NCBI GenBank assembly: GCA_031414155.1 | Contig: JANNUY010000064.1 | Location: 1 to 38,649, forward strand | Origin: Acidobacteriota bacterium | Lineage (GTDB): Bacteria > Acidobacteriota > Blastocatellia > RBC074 | Direction of reading: 5' to 3' | DNA: 38,649 bases | Shown here: piece by piece, positions 1-8,499 of the stretch | Layout of the letters: each line of letters starts with the position of its first letter | Numbering within the stretch: the first letter of the stretch is position 1 | The notes under the pieces: model-generated | What the model saw: only the letters and a program-made list of their open reading frames with translations | Told to the model about the DNA's origin: nothing | Database searches by the model: none | Position numbers and translations under genes: made by a program

Positions 1-785
1 ATCTGTGTGGGAAACCAGTTGTTGCGGACTTCGTGATCGTCCCATTGCGCGAGCATCGGCACGGCGGCGTTGAAGCGCCGAAAGCCTTCATCCATCAGGT
101 TGTAACGATGCGCGCCGCGAAACTCATCGAGGGTTTCGGCGACTTTCGATTTCTCAGGCGTCGTCAGGTTTTTCCAGATCGTACCGTCATCCAATTTCAC
201 TTCGGCCACGACGGGATTGTCAGCGTAAATCGTATCGCCCGAATGAATAAAAAAATCAGGCTGTACGCGCCGCATCGCTTCATAAATTTTCATCCCGCCA
301 AAGTCTGGATTGATACCCCAGCCCTGGCCGCATACGTCGCCGCCCCAGACAAAACTTACGTCGCGCTTGTCGTTGCCTACGATTGCGGGGGGCGTTTTGA
401 AACTGCCGATAACGGGTTCACTCATGGCTTTAAGATCGGCGAGGCTTTGAAACTGCACGCGATAAAAAATGCGCTGCCCTGCAGGCAGGTTCGAGAGGTC
501 TATGCGCGCCGTGAAATCAGTCGGCTCTAACGCGGCGGGGCTTGCGATGCGTTGCGCGTTGGCGAACGATTCCGTCGTGGCGTATTCGACGATCATCCGC
601 GACGGACGATCAGTGCGGCTCCACACGATGGCGCGGTTGGCGGTTACGTCGCCGCTTTGTACGCCGAAAGGAAGCTGTGGACGCGCGGCTTGGCTCGTGA
701 CGATGGTGAACGCAGGCTTACGCAATGCTAACGCCAAGCCTAAGCCTGCTGATTTTGCATGTTTAAGAAAAGTACGTCGGTACAT
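1..785 (-). CDS. phoD: PhoD-like alkaline phosphatase/phosphodiesterase, N-terminal part (gene continues past the left edge), with a twin-arginine signal peptide
   Basis: Absent from the ORF track because there is no stop in the window. Minus-strand translation from ATG (785..783) reads MYRRTFLKHAKSAGLGLALALRKPAFT (RRTFLK Tat motif). It continues GVQSGDVTANRAIVWSRTDRPSRMIVEYATTESF ... FIHSGDTIYADNP ... AQWDDHEVRNNW, which are typical PhoD blocks. The frame stays open to position 1. Confidence 0.8.
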   Translation of the reverse strand, partial: MYRRTFLKHAKSAGLGLALALRKPAFTIVTSQAARPQLPFGVQSGDVTANRAIVWSRTDRPSRMIVEYATTESFANAQRIASPAALEPTDFTARIDLSNLPAGQRIFYRVQFQSLADLKAMSEPVIGSFKTPPAIVGNDKRDVSFVWGGDVCGQGWGINPDFGGMKIYEAMRRVQPDFFIHSGDTIYADNPVVAEVKLDDGTIWKNLTTPEKSKVAETLDEFRGAHRYNLMDEGFRRFNAAVPMLAQWDDHEVRNNWFPTQ

Positions 786-841
786 AGAATTCGCGTGTTC
801 GTTTTTCAGGCCTTACCCGAATAAAAGGAGCTTTTGCCGAT

Positions 842-1072
842 ATGTCCGCTACAACCGTTTTAGAAAAAGAGGCGGCAGTCAAAAGACGGTACAAAAGAGA
901 ACTTACCCTATTGGGTTTTGTCAGTGTGCTTATACTGTCTGTTGTGTTGTTTTGTGCTTGGATAGTTGTCAGTAAAGACCTTGCCAGTGACGAAGGAAAG
1001 CTCGTGTTCATCTTGCTCACCATCATTGTTAGCACCTTGCTTGGTTATGTCGCAGGTAGATCGGCCAAATAA
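842..1072 (+). CDS. small hypothetical membrane protein (76 aa, two predicted TM helices)
   Basis: ATG is preceded by AAAAGGAG about 10 nt upstream. There are two hydrophobic stretches (LLGFVSVLILSVVLFCAWIVV and LVFILLTIIVSTLLGYVAG). The gene is divergent from phoD. Confidence 0.55.
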   Translation: MSATTVLEKEAAVKRRYKRELTLLGFVSVLILSVVLFCAWIVVSKDLASDEGKLVFILLTIIVSTLLGYVAGRSAK

Positions 1073-1090
1073 AAGCGCCGCCTCACATCG

Positions 1091-1459
1091 TTACGGGAAG
1101 AGTTCGATTTTGAAATCAGGATCAACCGTCAACTGTAAGCCCATTGGCATTGGCGACTCGCCATCGTACCTGCGGCCAAAAACTTTAGCTGTCGCAAATT
1201 CGATGCAATTACTCCCCTTGGGATTTCTGACAAGCCTTGCACCCGGACAATCAATCATTCGGATAGTAAAAAGAGATTCTTGCGATTCGCCGCGAAAAAG
1301 CGAAAGCGAAATATCGGCGCTGTACGGATAGACCGAAAGCAGTAGACGTAAATCCTCACGCCACACGGTAAAGTGATGTCCTGTTTCGTATTCATCAATC
1401 TCAGGCAACACCGCAAGACATTCAATCAAGTCATACTGATTCCAAACTAATTCCGGCAT
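1091..1459 (-). CDS. hypothetical protein (122 aa), no recognised domain
   Basis: Track ORF with an AAAGGA Shine-Dalgarno about 5 nt upstream of the ATG. It is acidic and soluble-looking and has no motif I recognise. Confidence 0.55.
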   Translation of the reverse strand: MPELVWNQYDLIECLAVLPEIDEYETGHHFTVWREDLRLLLSVYPYSADISLSLFRGESQESLFTIRMIDCPGARLVRNPKGSNCIEFATAKVFGRRYDGESPMPMGLQLTVDPDFKIELFP

Positions 1460-1579
1460 GAAATCCTTTATTTCTCCGCCAACTTGCGTCCCGCATTCAA
1501 ATCGTCGAAATGCAGAATCGCGTTGAAGACCAGAAAATAACTACCCTGCGTTTCGTCGCGCCAGCACGGATTGCCGATT

Positions 1580-2068
1580 TCAGGAAATCAACAAATTAAC
1601 TTTCACAGTCGGCGCGTTGCGAGCTGCTTGATTCACGATTCCCTGATCGAAGGTCAGAAGCTCAGTTGCGCCCTGTTGCGCCAACTGTTCAGCGAGTGCG
1701 ATGTAAATCCCGTCCGCTGAACGGCTGCAACCATAACTCTCTCGGATGGCTTCGGCGCGGGCGGCTAAAGAAAAATCTCCATTGGGCGGTGGGGTAATCA
1801 ACGACAAGTATTGTTGCAAAAGCTGAATAGCTTGCGCGTGACCGGCTGGGGTCAGTTCGCCGTGTTGCAGCTTGCCGCAGAGAATATAAAGCGTTTCAGC
1901 CAGCAGCACGGCGGGCGCGTAATACTGCCAGCCTTGCAATAGGTAGTTGTCGAACGTCGTCTTGGCCTTACTGAATTTATCTTGTTCACGGGCGCATAGT
2001 GCGATCAAGACATTCGCATCCATTACTACCGCGCCCTTAGTTTGGGCCGCATTACTCGATTGGTTCAT
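1580..2068 (-). CDS. PIN-domain ribonuclease toxin (VapC-like)
   Basis: VVMDANVLIAL ... conserved acidic residues in a PIN-like arrangement. The preferred start is ATG at 2068 (MNQSS...), which overlaps the upstream antitoxin-like gene by 17 nt. The track ORF extends to 2089. Confidence 0.75.
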   Translation of the reverse strand: MNQSSNAAQTKGAVVMDANVLIALCAREQDKFSKAKTTFDNYLLQGWQYYAPAVLLAETLYILCGKLQHGELTPAGHAQAIQLLQQYLSLITPPPNGDFSLAARAEAIRESYGCSRSADGIYIALAEQLAQQGATELLTFDQGIVNQAARNAPTVKVNLLIS

Positions 2069-2309
2069 AACCCCACATCGCTCCTGCACGCGCCTCTCGC
2101 AAGCGGCGCTGCGTATCGGAACCGTCTGTCATTGGCATGTCGCGCTGTAACTCTTCAATTTGGCGCAGTACTTCCAGTCGCGCTTGAATCAACGAAGATG
2201 GCGGCAGCGGCGAGGTTTCAACGACGGTCACCCGCAACTGCTTACCTTCAAATTCATCAGCGTGCGCGACTATATCTTGCCAAGTGCCTTCATAAATCTG
2301 TTCAAGCAT
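2052..2309 (-). CDS. putative antitoxin, paralog 2 (85 aa), proximal to the PIN toxin
   Basis: MLEQIYEGTWQDIVAHADEFEGKQLRVTVVE...GSDTQRRLREARAGAMWGYEPIE. GAAGG lies upstream of ATG 2309. It overlaps the PIN gene start. The C-terminal xSDTxxLLREAR segment resembles the toxin-binding tails of small type II antitoxins. Confidence 0.6.
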   Translation of the reverse strand: MLEQIYEGTWQDIVAHADEFEGKQLRVTVVETSPLPPSSLIQARLEVLRQIEELQRDMPMTDGSDTQRRLREARAGAMWGYEPIE

Positions 2310-2349
2310 ATCGTTACCTTCATGAAATCTGCCGGGAAATTCGTGCGCA

Positions 2350-2610
2350 TTACACTTGCTCGGTTGGTTCATAGCCGTACATGCCGCCAGCGCGGGCTTC
2401 GCGTAGTAATCGCTGTGTGTCTGAGCCGTTGGTAAAACGCATCTCTCGTTGCAACGCTTCCGTTTGGCGCAACACTTCCAGCATTGCGTAATTCGGCTGT
2501 GGCGCTGGCGGCGTATCTTCAACCACCGTCAGCCGCAACTGCTTGCCTTCGAATTCATCGGCGTGCGCTGCTAAATCTTCCCAAGTGCCTTCATAAACTT
2601 GTTCAAGCAT
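2350..2610 (-). CDS. putative antitoxin, paralog 1 (86 aa), tandem duplicate of 2052..2309
   Basis: MLEQVYEGTWEDLAAHADEFEGKQLRLTVVE...GSDTQRLLREARAGGMYGYEPTEQV. GAGGAAG lies 3 nt upstream of ATG 2610. Roughly two thirds of residues are identical to paralog 2 by hand alignment. Confidence 0.6.
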   Translation of the reverse strand: MLEQVYEGTWEDLAAHADEFEGKQLRLTVVEDTPPAPQPNYAMLEVLRQTEALQREMRFTNGSDTQRLLREARAGGMYGYEPTEQV

Positions 2611-2618
2611 AAACTTCC

Positions 2619-3473
2619 TCACTTGTTAATCGGAGAAAACACATCCGCCTGATAGGTGATACCGAACGTCACGCCGCTGCGTTCGCTGAGGTTGTGCAAG
2701 CCGCGCATGCCTGCGATGTCCCACAGCAAGCCGCCTGCCTTGATGCGTGCGCCGAAACGCGCAGCGCCGTCTGACTCGGTGCCGCGCGGAACGATGCTGC
2801 GTGTGCTGCGGCGACCATTGACTTCGCCGACGAGGGTGAGGTTTTCGTTGACGCCGTAAGTCGCTGCGAGTCCGTAAAGCAGCACATCGTTTTGCGTGAA
2901 GCGATCAAGCGGCGCGGTCAGAATGCCTAAGCCGAGATTGCCGTAAACATACAGCTTCTTGCCGAAATGCTTGCCCGTCAGCACGGTCGCAAAGAAATTG
3001 GTTTGATTGACGCTGATGCCGCGTTCCTGATCGGAGTTCGGCATCTCAGCGCCGAAGCGAAAGCCGAACGCAGGTGCGCGTTTCGATTCCTTGCGCAACT
3101 TGAATTTCGTCGCCAGATAAAAGTCGCCCGTGTCGTGCGTAGAGTTTGTGCCCGTACTCAGCCGCAACGGAATCGGCGCCGGACGCGCCTGCCGATTGAC
3201 GCTCAGATAATTTTGCATGACGCCGCCGATCTCGAACTCTACGTTGGGCGACAGGCCGAAGGTCAGCGAGACGACGCCTACGCGCGTGAGGTCGCCTTGC
3301 AAACCCGACAGGCCAAATTCGCGGTTTTGGACGAAATCAAAACCGAAATCTACGCGCATCGCGCCAGGCTTCACGGTATCTACGTCTTCGGTGATGAGCG
3401 GACGTTGTTGAGCGGCAACGGCAACACTCAACCAGCACAACATAACGCCCAAACGAATCAGCGACATTTTCAT
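2619..3473 (-). CDS. putative outer-membrane beta-barrel protein (possibly MetA/phenol-degradation-type transporter family)
   Basis: Start chosen at MKMSLIRLGVMLCWLSVAVAAQQ (signal peptide, AAGGAA upstream). The sequence has alternating beta-strand-like segments and an aromatic-rich C-terminus (ITYQADVF). Confidence 0.55.
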   Translation of the reverse strand: MKMSLIRLGVMLCWLSVAVAAQQRPLITEDVDTVKPGAMRVDFGFDFVQNREFGLSGLQGDLTRVGVVSLTFGLSPNVEFEIGGVMQNYLSVNRQARPAPIPLRLSTGTNSTHDTGDFYLATKFKLRKESKRAPAFGFRFGAEMPNSDQERGISVNQTNFFATVLTGKHFGKKLYVYGNLGLGILTAPLDRFTQNDVLLYGLAATYGVNENLTLVGEVNGRRSTRSIVPRGTESDGAARFGARIKAGGLLWDIAGMRGLHNLSERSGVTFGITYQADVFSPINK

Positions 3474-3586
3474 AACGGGTTCCTTGTTTGCGTGAACTTC
3501 TCCAGCCGTGCGACGCAGCGATGATAGGCTGTGGCTCAACCAATCGCCAAGCCTCTGCGCAAAATGAAGCGTCTCAACGCACTTTT

Positions 3587-3979
3587 CTAGGGAGCGAGTT
3601 GGACGTGGGGATAGTTGCGAATCTTGCCATCCACTGTGGCAAGCGGATAGCCATAAACTCTGGCGGTTGCAACAATCAGCCTGTCAGCCGGGTCACGATG
3701 AAAATTACCGGGCAAGTGGTTGGCTTCAACGACAATTTTGGGTGAAAGATCAAGCAAGTGAACGTGCTGTGCGTTCAGAGATGTGTTCAGCCAGGATTCA
3801 ATCGGCGCAGGCAAAGCGATTTTTCCATAGGCATCAAGTAAGGCAATTTCCCAGCAGGAAATAATGCTGACGCCGAGCCCGCCGGTTAGATTGGCATTTA
3901 TGTGTTGTTTGTAAGCAGACGGCAGCAGCGGATCATCTTGTGTCCACCAAACCCAGATGTGAGTGTCAAGTACGATCAT
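3587..3979 (-). CDS. PIN-domain toxin (VapC family)
   Basis: MIVLDTHIWVWW ... ISCWEIALL ... DPADRLIVATA is the classic PIN signature. An ATGA overlap joins it to the upstream antitoxin (3976..3979). Confidence 0.85.
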   Translation of the reverse strand: MIVLDTHIWVWWTQDDPLLPSAYKQHINANLTGGLGVSIISCWEIALLDAYGKIALPAPIESWLNTSLNAQHVHLLDLSPKIVVEANHLPGNFHRDPADRLIVATARVYGYPLATVDGKIRNYPHVQLAP

Positions 3980-4200
3980 CGTAATACTTCCCAATCTTCT
4001 GCGGGGCAAGCAGGTTCAAAAGGGTCTTGCAAATAAACAGCGGGTGATCCTTTAAAGGGATGCATCTGCGCTTCCGCTGTTTTTACTGAAGTATTCGCCA
4101 ACACGATGATTTCAACCTTTTCCCCAGTTGAGAACGGCAGGTTGTCTATTGTGACTGTGCCGTTTGCTTGCACGAATGTTTCAACACGTACTGCTTCCAT
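3976..4200 (-). CDS. antitoxin of the PIN module (74 aa)
   Basis: MEAVRVETFVQANGTVTIDNLPFSTGEKVEIIVL... AAGGGAGAA lies upstream of ATG 4200, and there is a 4-nt overlap with the toxin. The start at 4200 avoids overlap with the mnmA stop at 4217. Confidence 0.7.
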   Translation of the reverse strand: MEAVRVETFVQANGTVTIDNLPFSTGEKVEIIVLANTSVKTAEAQMHPFKGSPAVYLQDPFEPACPAEDWEVLR

Positions 4201-4216
4201 AAATTTCTCCCTTGAT

Positions 4217-5362
4217 TCAAACAATCCAGCCGCCGCCGACTACGATGTCGCCGTCATAAAACACTGCCGCCTGCCCCGGCGTGACGGCGCGTTGCGGTTC
4301 GTCGAAGGTGACCAGCACGCTGCCGTCGGCTTGCGCACTCAATGTCGCACCTGCTTCTTCGGCGCGCGAGCGAATTTTGACGCTGACGTGCAGCGGTTCG
4401 CGCAAGCTGTCAAAGGGAATCCAGTTGACGCGATTGATGGTCATCGTGCTTTTGAGCAGGTCGTTGAAACTGCCGACGACGACGCGGTTTTGTTTGGCGT
4501 CTACCTCAACGACGTAAATCGGTTCAGGCGCAGAGATGCCGAGGCCTTTGCGTTGCCCGACCGTGTAACGATGAATGCCGTTATGCTGACCAATCACTTC
4601 ACCTGCCGTGTTGACGATTTCGCCCGGCGCGAGTTTGGTCGCATCGAGCGCCGTCGGTTGGTAATTATTCAGCACCGGCAAGGCTTTGCGTCCCTGCTTG
4701 TCTTCATCCAGATAGCGTTCGATGAATTGCGCGTAATTACCATCGGGGACAAAACAAATCTCCTGACTCTCAGGCTTTTGTGCCGTAGGCAGTCCGGCGG
4801 CTTCGGCCAAGTCGCGCACTTCCTGTTTGGTCATTTCGCCCAATGGGAAGAAAGCGTAACTCAATTGTTCCTGCGTCAGTTCAAACAAAAAGTAAGACTG
4901 ATCTTTCGCGTGATTGACGGCGCGCAACAGCAGCCAGCGTTCGCGCGTATCGTCCCATGTCACGCGGGCGTAATGTCCCGTCGCCACTTTGTTCGCGTCG
5001 GCGGTCTTGGCGAGTTCAACCAGCTTGTCGAACTTGAGATAAGAGTTGCATTGCACGCACGGACTCGGCGTCAGGCCATTGAGATAATTGCTGACGAATG
5101 GACGCACGACATCGCGCTCGAAATCGTCTTCCATATTCACGACGTAAAACGGAAAGCCCAGCTTGTGGGCGACGACGCGCGCGTCATAAAGGTCATCAAG
5201 CGAACAGCAACGACTCGGTAAAGGTTCGCCGTCTGGCCCCACGTTGATGCGGCGCTGGTTCCAAAGCTGCATAGAAAAGCCTACGAGTTCGTGGCCTTGC
5301 GATTTGAGTAAGGCGGCGGCGGCAGAACTGTCTACGCCTCCGCTCATGGCAACTGCAATCAT
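4217..5362 (-). CDS. mnmA: tRNA-specific 2-thiouridylase MnmA
   Basis: [19 protein letters not shown] (PP-loop SGGVDS), [23 protein letters not shown], and C-terminal [21 protein letters not shown] at 5362 is preferred over GTG at 5374. Confidence 0.95.
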   Translation of the reverse strand: MIAVAMSGGVDSSAAAALLKSQGHELVGFSMQLWNQRRINVGPDGEPLPSRCCSLDDLYDARVVAHKLGFPFYVVNMEDDFERDVVRPFVSNYLNGLTPSPCVQCNSYLKFDKLVELAKTADANKVATGHYARVTWDDTRERWLLLRAVNHAKDQSYFLFELTQEQLSYAFFPLGEMTKQEVRDLAEAAGLPTAQKPESQEICFVPDGNYAQFIERYLDEDKQGRKALPVLNNYQPTALDATKLAPGEIVNTAGEVIGQHNGIHRYTVGQRKGLGISAPEPIYVVEVDAKQNRVVVGSFNDLLKSTMTINRVNWIPFDSLREPLHVSVKIRSRAEEAGATLSAQADGSVLVTFDEPQRAVTPGQAAVFYDGDIVVGGGWIV

Positions 5363-5470
5363 AAAATTCAACACCTTTGCACGTTAAGTCACGAATGCTA
5401 AGATTGCCGCTCGTTCGGCAAAGGCCGATGTTAGCACATCAAAATCATATTTCAGGAATCATCTACTGAC

Positions 5471-6319
5471 ATGGCAAAGACCAATACATCTGAGGGATCG
5501 TCTGCGGCGGCGGCAAAAAATGAAGCTGTCGAAAAATACCTCATCAAAAAAGAGCCTTATTACGTCAACATCAAAGACGAATCTTCGATTTTTGAGACAG
5601 CATTTCAATCCAAGCTGCCGGTGATGCTCAAAGGGCCAACGGGTTGCGGCAAGACGCGCTTTGTCGAAGCCATGGCATACAAGTTGAGGCGTCCGCTCAT
5701 CACCGTCGCCTGCCACGAAGACCTCTCGGCCACCGATCTCGTAGGCCGCTTTCTCATCGAAGCTGAAGAAACCGTCTGGCACGATGGCCCGTTGACGACA
5801 GCGCTCAAACATGGCGCGATCTGTTATCTAGACGAAGTCGTCGAAGCTCGCAAAGACACGATTGTTTTGATTCACCCACTGACCGATGACCGGCGCGTGC
5901 TGCCCATCGAAAAGCTCGGGCAATTGTTGCAAGCGCCTGACGAATTCATGCTGGTGACTTCTTACAACCCCGGCTATCAAAGCGTGTTGAAGGATTTGAA
6001 ACAGTCTACGCGGCAACGTTTTCTCTCGATTGAATTCGATTATCCGCCCGCCGAAGCTGAAATTTCTATCGTCGCGCACGAAGGCGGCGTCAACGAAGCC
6101 ACCGCGCGCGACCTGGTCAAAATTGGCGAAAAGGTGCGCAACCTCAAAGGCCATGGCCTCGAAGAAGGTGTTTCGACGCGCCTGCTGGTTTATGCCGCGC
6201 AACTCATCTCAAAAGGCGTAGACCCCGTGACCGCCTGTGACGTAGCTATCGCTAGCCCCATCACTGACGATGCTGAACTGCAACGTGGCATCCGCGAAAT
6301 CGTAACGACAGTGATCTAA
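5471..6319 (+). CDS. CbbQ/NirQ/NorQ-family MoxR-type AAA+ ATPase
   Basis: Walker A is [17 protein letters not shown] and Walker B is [31 protein letters not shown] and STRLLVYAA blocks are characteristic of CbbQ/NorQ. Confidence 0.9.
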   Translation: MAKTNTSEGSSAAAAKNEAVEKYLIKKEPYYVNIKDESSIFETAFQSKLPVMLKGPTGCGKTRFVEAMAYKLRRPLITVACHEDLSATDLVGRFLIEAEETVWHDGPLTTALKHGAICYLDEVVEARKDTIVLIHPLTDDRRVLPIEKLGQLLQAPDEFMLVTSYNPGYQSVLKDLKQSTRQRFLSIEFDYPPAEAEISIVAHEGGVNEATARDLVKIGEKVRNLKGHGLEEGVSTRLLVYAAQLISKGVDPVTACDVAIASPITDDAELQRGIREIVTTVI

Positions 6320-6380
6320 TCGCCAACGATGTCTTACCGAATGTCTTACTGATAGTTCACAAAACGGATCAAAATGAAAA

Positions 6381-6420
6381 AGCCACCGCGTTGCATTCGA
6401 TCCCATGCAACGTGGCGGCT
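6381..6420. terminator. bidirectional hairpin between convergent genes
   Basis: agccaccgcgttgcat / atgcaacgtggcggct forms 16 pairs with one mismatch and one G-U, plus an 8-nt loop. On the minus strand it is followed by TTTTCATTTT, and on the plus strand by TTAACTTT. Confidence 0.6.
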
Positions 6421-6523
6421 TTAACTTTGCCCGCCGATGAACAGCGCAAAAAAAATGATGCGGCAGGGCGAGTCGCCGACCTATCTCGTTATTGTATCAA
6501 ATAAGAATCTTGATCCAATTTTT

Positions 6524-6955
6524 TCATTGGCGCGACAACACAATCAGATTGCCGTCGGGGTCGTTGACGAGATAACTCCTGCCTTGTGTTCTGAATGCTC
6601 CACCTGCCGCCAGCAGGTTATCCGCAAGGGCAGCCAGGTCGTTCGTAAGCAAATAGAGTGTTGCTTGGCGCGTACGTTTTTTTGGTTTAGCAGGGATGAT
6701 TTGTACTCTGGCGTTTAACACGTCGCCTTGATAGCTGTTCTCGCCCACTTGCCAGTCGGTTCCAAATGCCTCGTGATAAAACTTCATCAAGACTTCTGGT
6801 TGCTGGGTGAACAGCTTGAACGCCGCTGCCGTACTTTCCGTAGCAGGTGATTGTGCGTTAACGGCGTTGAGCGCAGCGTTTTTCGTTCGCGTGACGGAAT
6901 AAGCGCCAATGACGAAATAGGCGATCAGCGCCAGCAAAATAAAACTTTTCTTCAT
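6524..6955 (-). CDS. VOC (glyoxalase/bleomycin-resistance fold) family protein with N-terminal signal/anchor
   Basis: MKKSFILLALIAYFVIGAYS leader. The C-terminal ...YLVNDPDGNLIVLSRQ strand is typical of the VOC fold. An ATGA overlap joins it to the upstream gene. Confidence 0.55.
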   Translation of the reverse strand: MKKSFILLALIAYFVIGAYSVTRTKNAALNAVNAQSPATESTAAAFKLFTQQPEVLMKFYHEAFGTDWQVGENSYQGDVLNARVQIIPAKPKKRTRQATLYLLTNDLAALADNLLAAGGAFRTQGRSYLVNDPDGNLIVLSRQ

Positions 6956-7689
6956 GGACAAACTCCTCCGGCGGGCGGCTGCCACAGTTCGATGCGGTTG
7001 CCTTCGCCATCAAGAATCCAGGCAAAACGCCCGTATTCGCTGTCTTCACGTTTGTCATCAATCCAGACGCCTTCGGCGCGTAATTGCTCAAGCACGGCGT
7101 CAATATCCGAGACGCGGTAGTTGAGCATGAAACTCGCCTTGCTTGGCTCTAAGTATTTGGTGTCTGCGTCAAAAATTGACCAGACGGTTTCGCCCAGCTT
7201 GGTTGGGTCGTCGTCTTCGCGCCAGCGGAACGACGTGCCGCCGTATGCCGGATGAATGTTCAACCCGAAATGTACGCGATACCATTCGCGCAATTTCGGC
7301 GCATCCTTCGCTTTGAAAAAGATTCCGCCCAAACCCGTTACGCGCTGCAATCGTTGATAGGTCATCAGCGCGTAACCAGAACCCGCTTCGGCTTTGAATT
7401 CAATGGGAGCCTTTCCGTCAAAGCTGTAACAAATCTGCAACGCATCGCCTTCACGTTTGAAAATCGCGTGAATCGTGCGGCCTTGATTGGGGCCTTCGAC
7501 GCCGGTGATTTCCAGTACGTGCGGCGTCACGGTCGTATTGATCGCCGTGCGTCCGGCGTCGCGCGTGCCGTTGACGAAGGTGAGGTAAGTGTCAGCGGCC
7601 ACGATCAATTTGGTTTGCGGCAGCTTGTCGTCAGTGAGCGCCGCGCCATTGAGTGTCGCGGCGGTGAGAGTCCAGGTTCCATCCAGCAT
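6952..7689 (-). CDS. two-domain protein: N-terminal TIGR03067-like (lipocalin-like) domain fused to a VOC/glyoxalase-fold domain
   Basis: The N-terminal half (GTWTLTAATLNG...LEITGVEGPNQGRTIHAIFKREGDALQICYS) resembles TIGR03067. The C-terminal half (GLGGIFFKAKD...YGRFAWILDGEGNRIELWQP) is VOC-like. AAAGGAG lies upstream of ATG 7689. Confidence 0.55.
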   Translation of the reverse strand: MLDGTWTLTAATLNGAALTDDKLPQTKLIVAADTYLTFVNGTRDAGRTAINTTVTPHVLEITGVEGPNQGRTIHAIFKREGDALQICYSFDGKAPIEFKAEAGSGYALMTYQRLQRVTGLGGIFFKAKDAPKLREWYRVHFGLNIHPAYGGTSFRWREDDDPTKLGETVWSIFDADTKYLEPSKASFMLNYRVSDIDAVLEQLRAEGVWIDDKREDSEYGRFAWILDGEGNRIELWQPPAGGVCP

Positions 7690-7826
7690 GAAAAACGCTC
7701 CTTTCAGGTTTCCGATCAATGAACAAAAAGTGAAAAAAGAAGTGAGAGAGAACGCGCAAAGCATTCTCTCTCACATGAAGTTAAACAAACCGACGCCGAA
7801 CCAGTTGCCAGTTTGCCCAAGGCGGT

Positions 7827-7877
7827 CAATCAGTGTCTTTCAGGCAGTCAGTGTCTTTTAGACGGACATTCAGTCAC
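7827..7877. promoter_or_regulatory. three direct repeats of caNtcagt(g/c)... at about two-helical-turn spacing (candidate protein-binding sites)
   Basis: caatcagtgtcttt (7827..7840), cagtcagtgtcttt (7845..7858) and cattcagtcac (7867..7877). They lie in the intergenic region upstream of the 6952..7689 gene. Confidence 0.3.
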
Positions 7878-7947
7878 TAGCAAAACGCTAAAGGCTCTGT
7901 GATTGGCCTTTGCCCTAACTTCTGTTTTGCAAAGATCGGAATCAAAC

Positions 7948-8499
7948 CTATTCAGGTGCGTTGTTGAGATTCATGCTTTTTTCAGCGCGGCGTTCTTCGA
8001 TCCACTCGCTGAGAACGCGCTCCAGTTCAGTGCCCTGAAACTGTTGTTGCATGTCTTCCCATTTTTGCCGACCGATGTGCCCCAAGTGACGGCGATGGCG
8101 TTTCTTGCCGACGTAATAAACTTCGCGGCAATCCCAGCCTACGCCTTTTTGCACCCATTCGATGTTGACGCCGACGCGCGGCGGCTTCGTGCCAGACAAG
8201 GGGTTCACGATTTTCGCCGGTTTCGGAGTCACGGCTTTGCTCACCGCTTCGATGGGCGCAATGGGTTGCGCCATGTCCTTGCTGACCAAGGTCGCGTTGT
8301 TGTTGGGGACGAACGTCGGTACGCCCGCGTTGAAGCCGCGCACGGTGGTCGTTTCGCCCACAGGGAAGTAGCTGTGTTCACGATAATTCGATTCCATATC
8401 ATTAAGAGTTGGGAGAGTTTGTGCCGATGGTTCGTATACGTCTGGTAACGCGACGTGCATCGTAGCGCGGAACGAATCTTCCGCCTGAGCCATCGGCAC
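7948..8499 (-). CDS. hypothetical soluble protein (about 181-183 aa) with a basic C-terminal domain
   Basis: Track ORF with GTG start at 8499, which overlaps the upstream stop by 1 nt, or ATG at 8493. The C-terminal segment is GVNIEWVQKGVGWDCREVYYVGKKRHRRHLGHIGRQKWEDM. I recognise no family. Confidence 0.5.
   Translation of the reverse strand: MPMAQAEDSFRATMHVALPDVYEPSAQTLPTLNDMESNYREHSYFPVGETTTVRGFNAGVPTFVPNNNATLVSKDMAQPIAPIEAVSKAVTPKPAKIVNPLSGTKPPRVGVNIEWVQKGVGWDCREVYYVGKKRHRRHLGHIGRQKWEDMQQQFQGTELERVLSEWIEERRAEKSMNLNNAPE

Noticed and set aside
33-975. Plus-strand track ORFs 33..530 and 469..975 (165 and 168 aa)
   Set aside because: They lie antisense to a clearly recognisable phoD reading frame, which has a Tat signal and PhoD blocks on the minus strand. 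Their composition is Arg/Ala-rich shadow-frame sequence with no RBS.
4106-5221. 371-aa plus-strand ORF
   Set aside because: It is entirely antisense to mnmA, a high-confidence gene. This is a typical GC-rich shadow ORF (Arg/Ala/Val-rich) with no motifs.
6329-6352. Direct repeat ATGTCTTAC-CGA-ATGTCTTAC-TGA just after the CbbQ-like stop (reads as mini-ORF MSYRMSY)
   Set aside because: It is too short and has no RBS. It may be a simple 12-nt duplication and is not reportable as a gene or a regulatory site without conservation.
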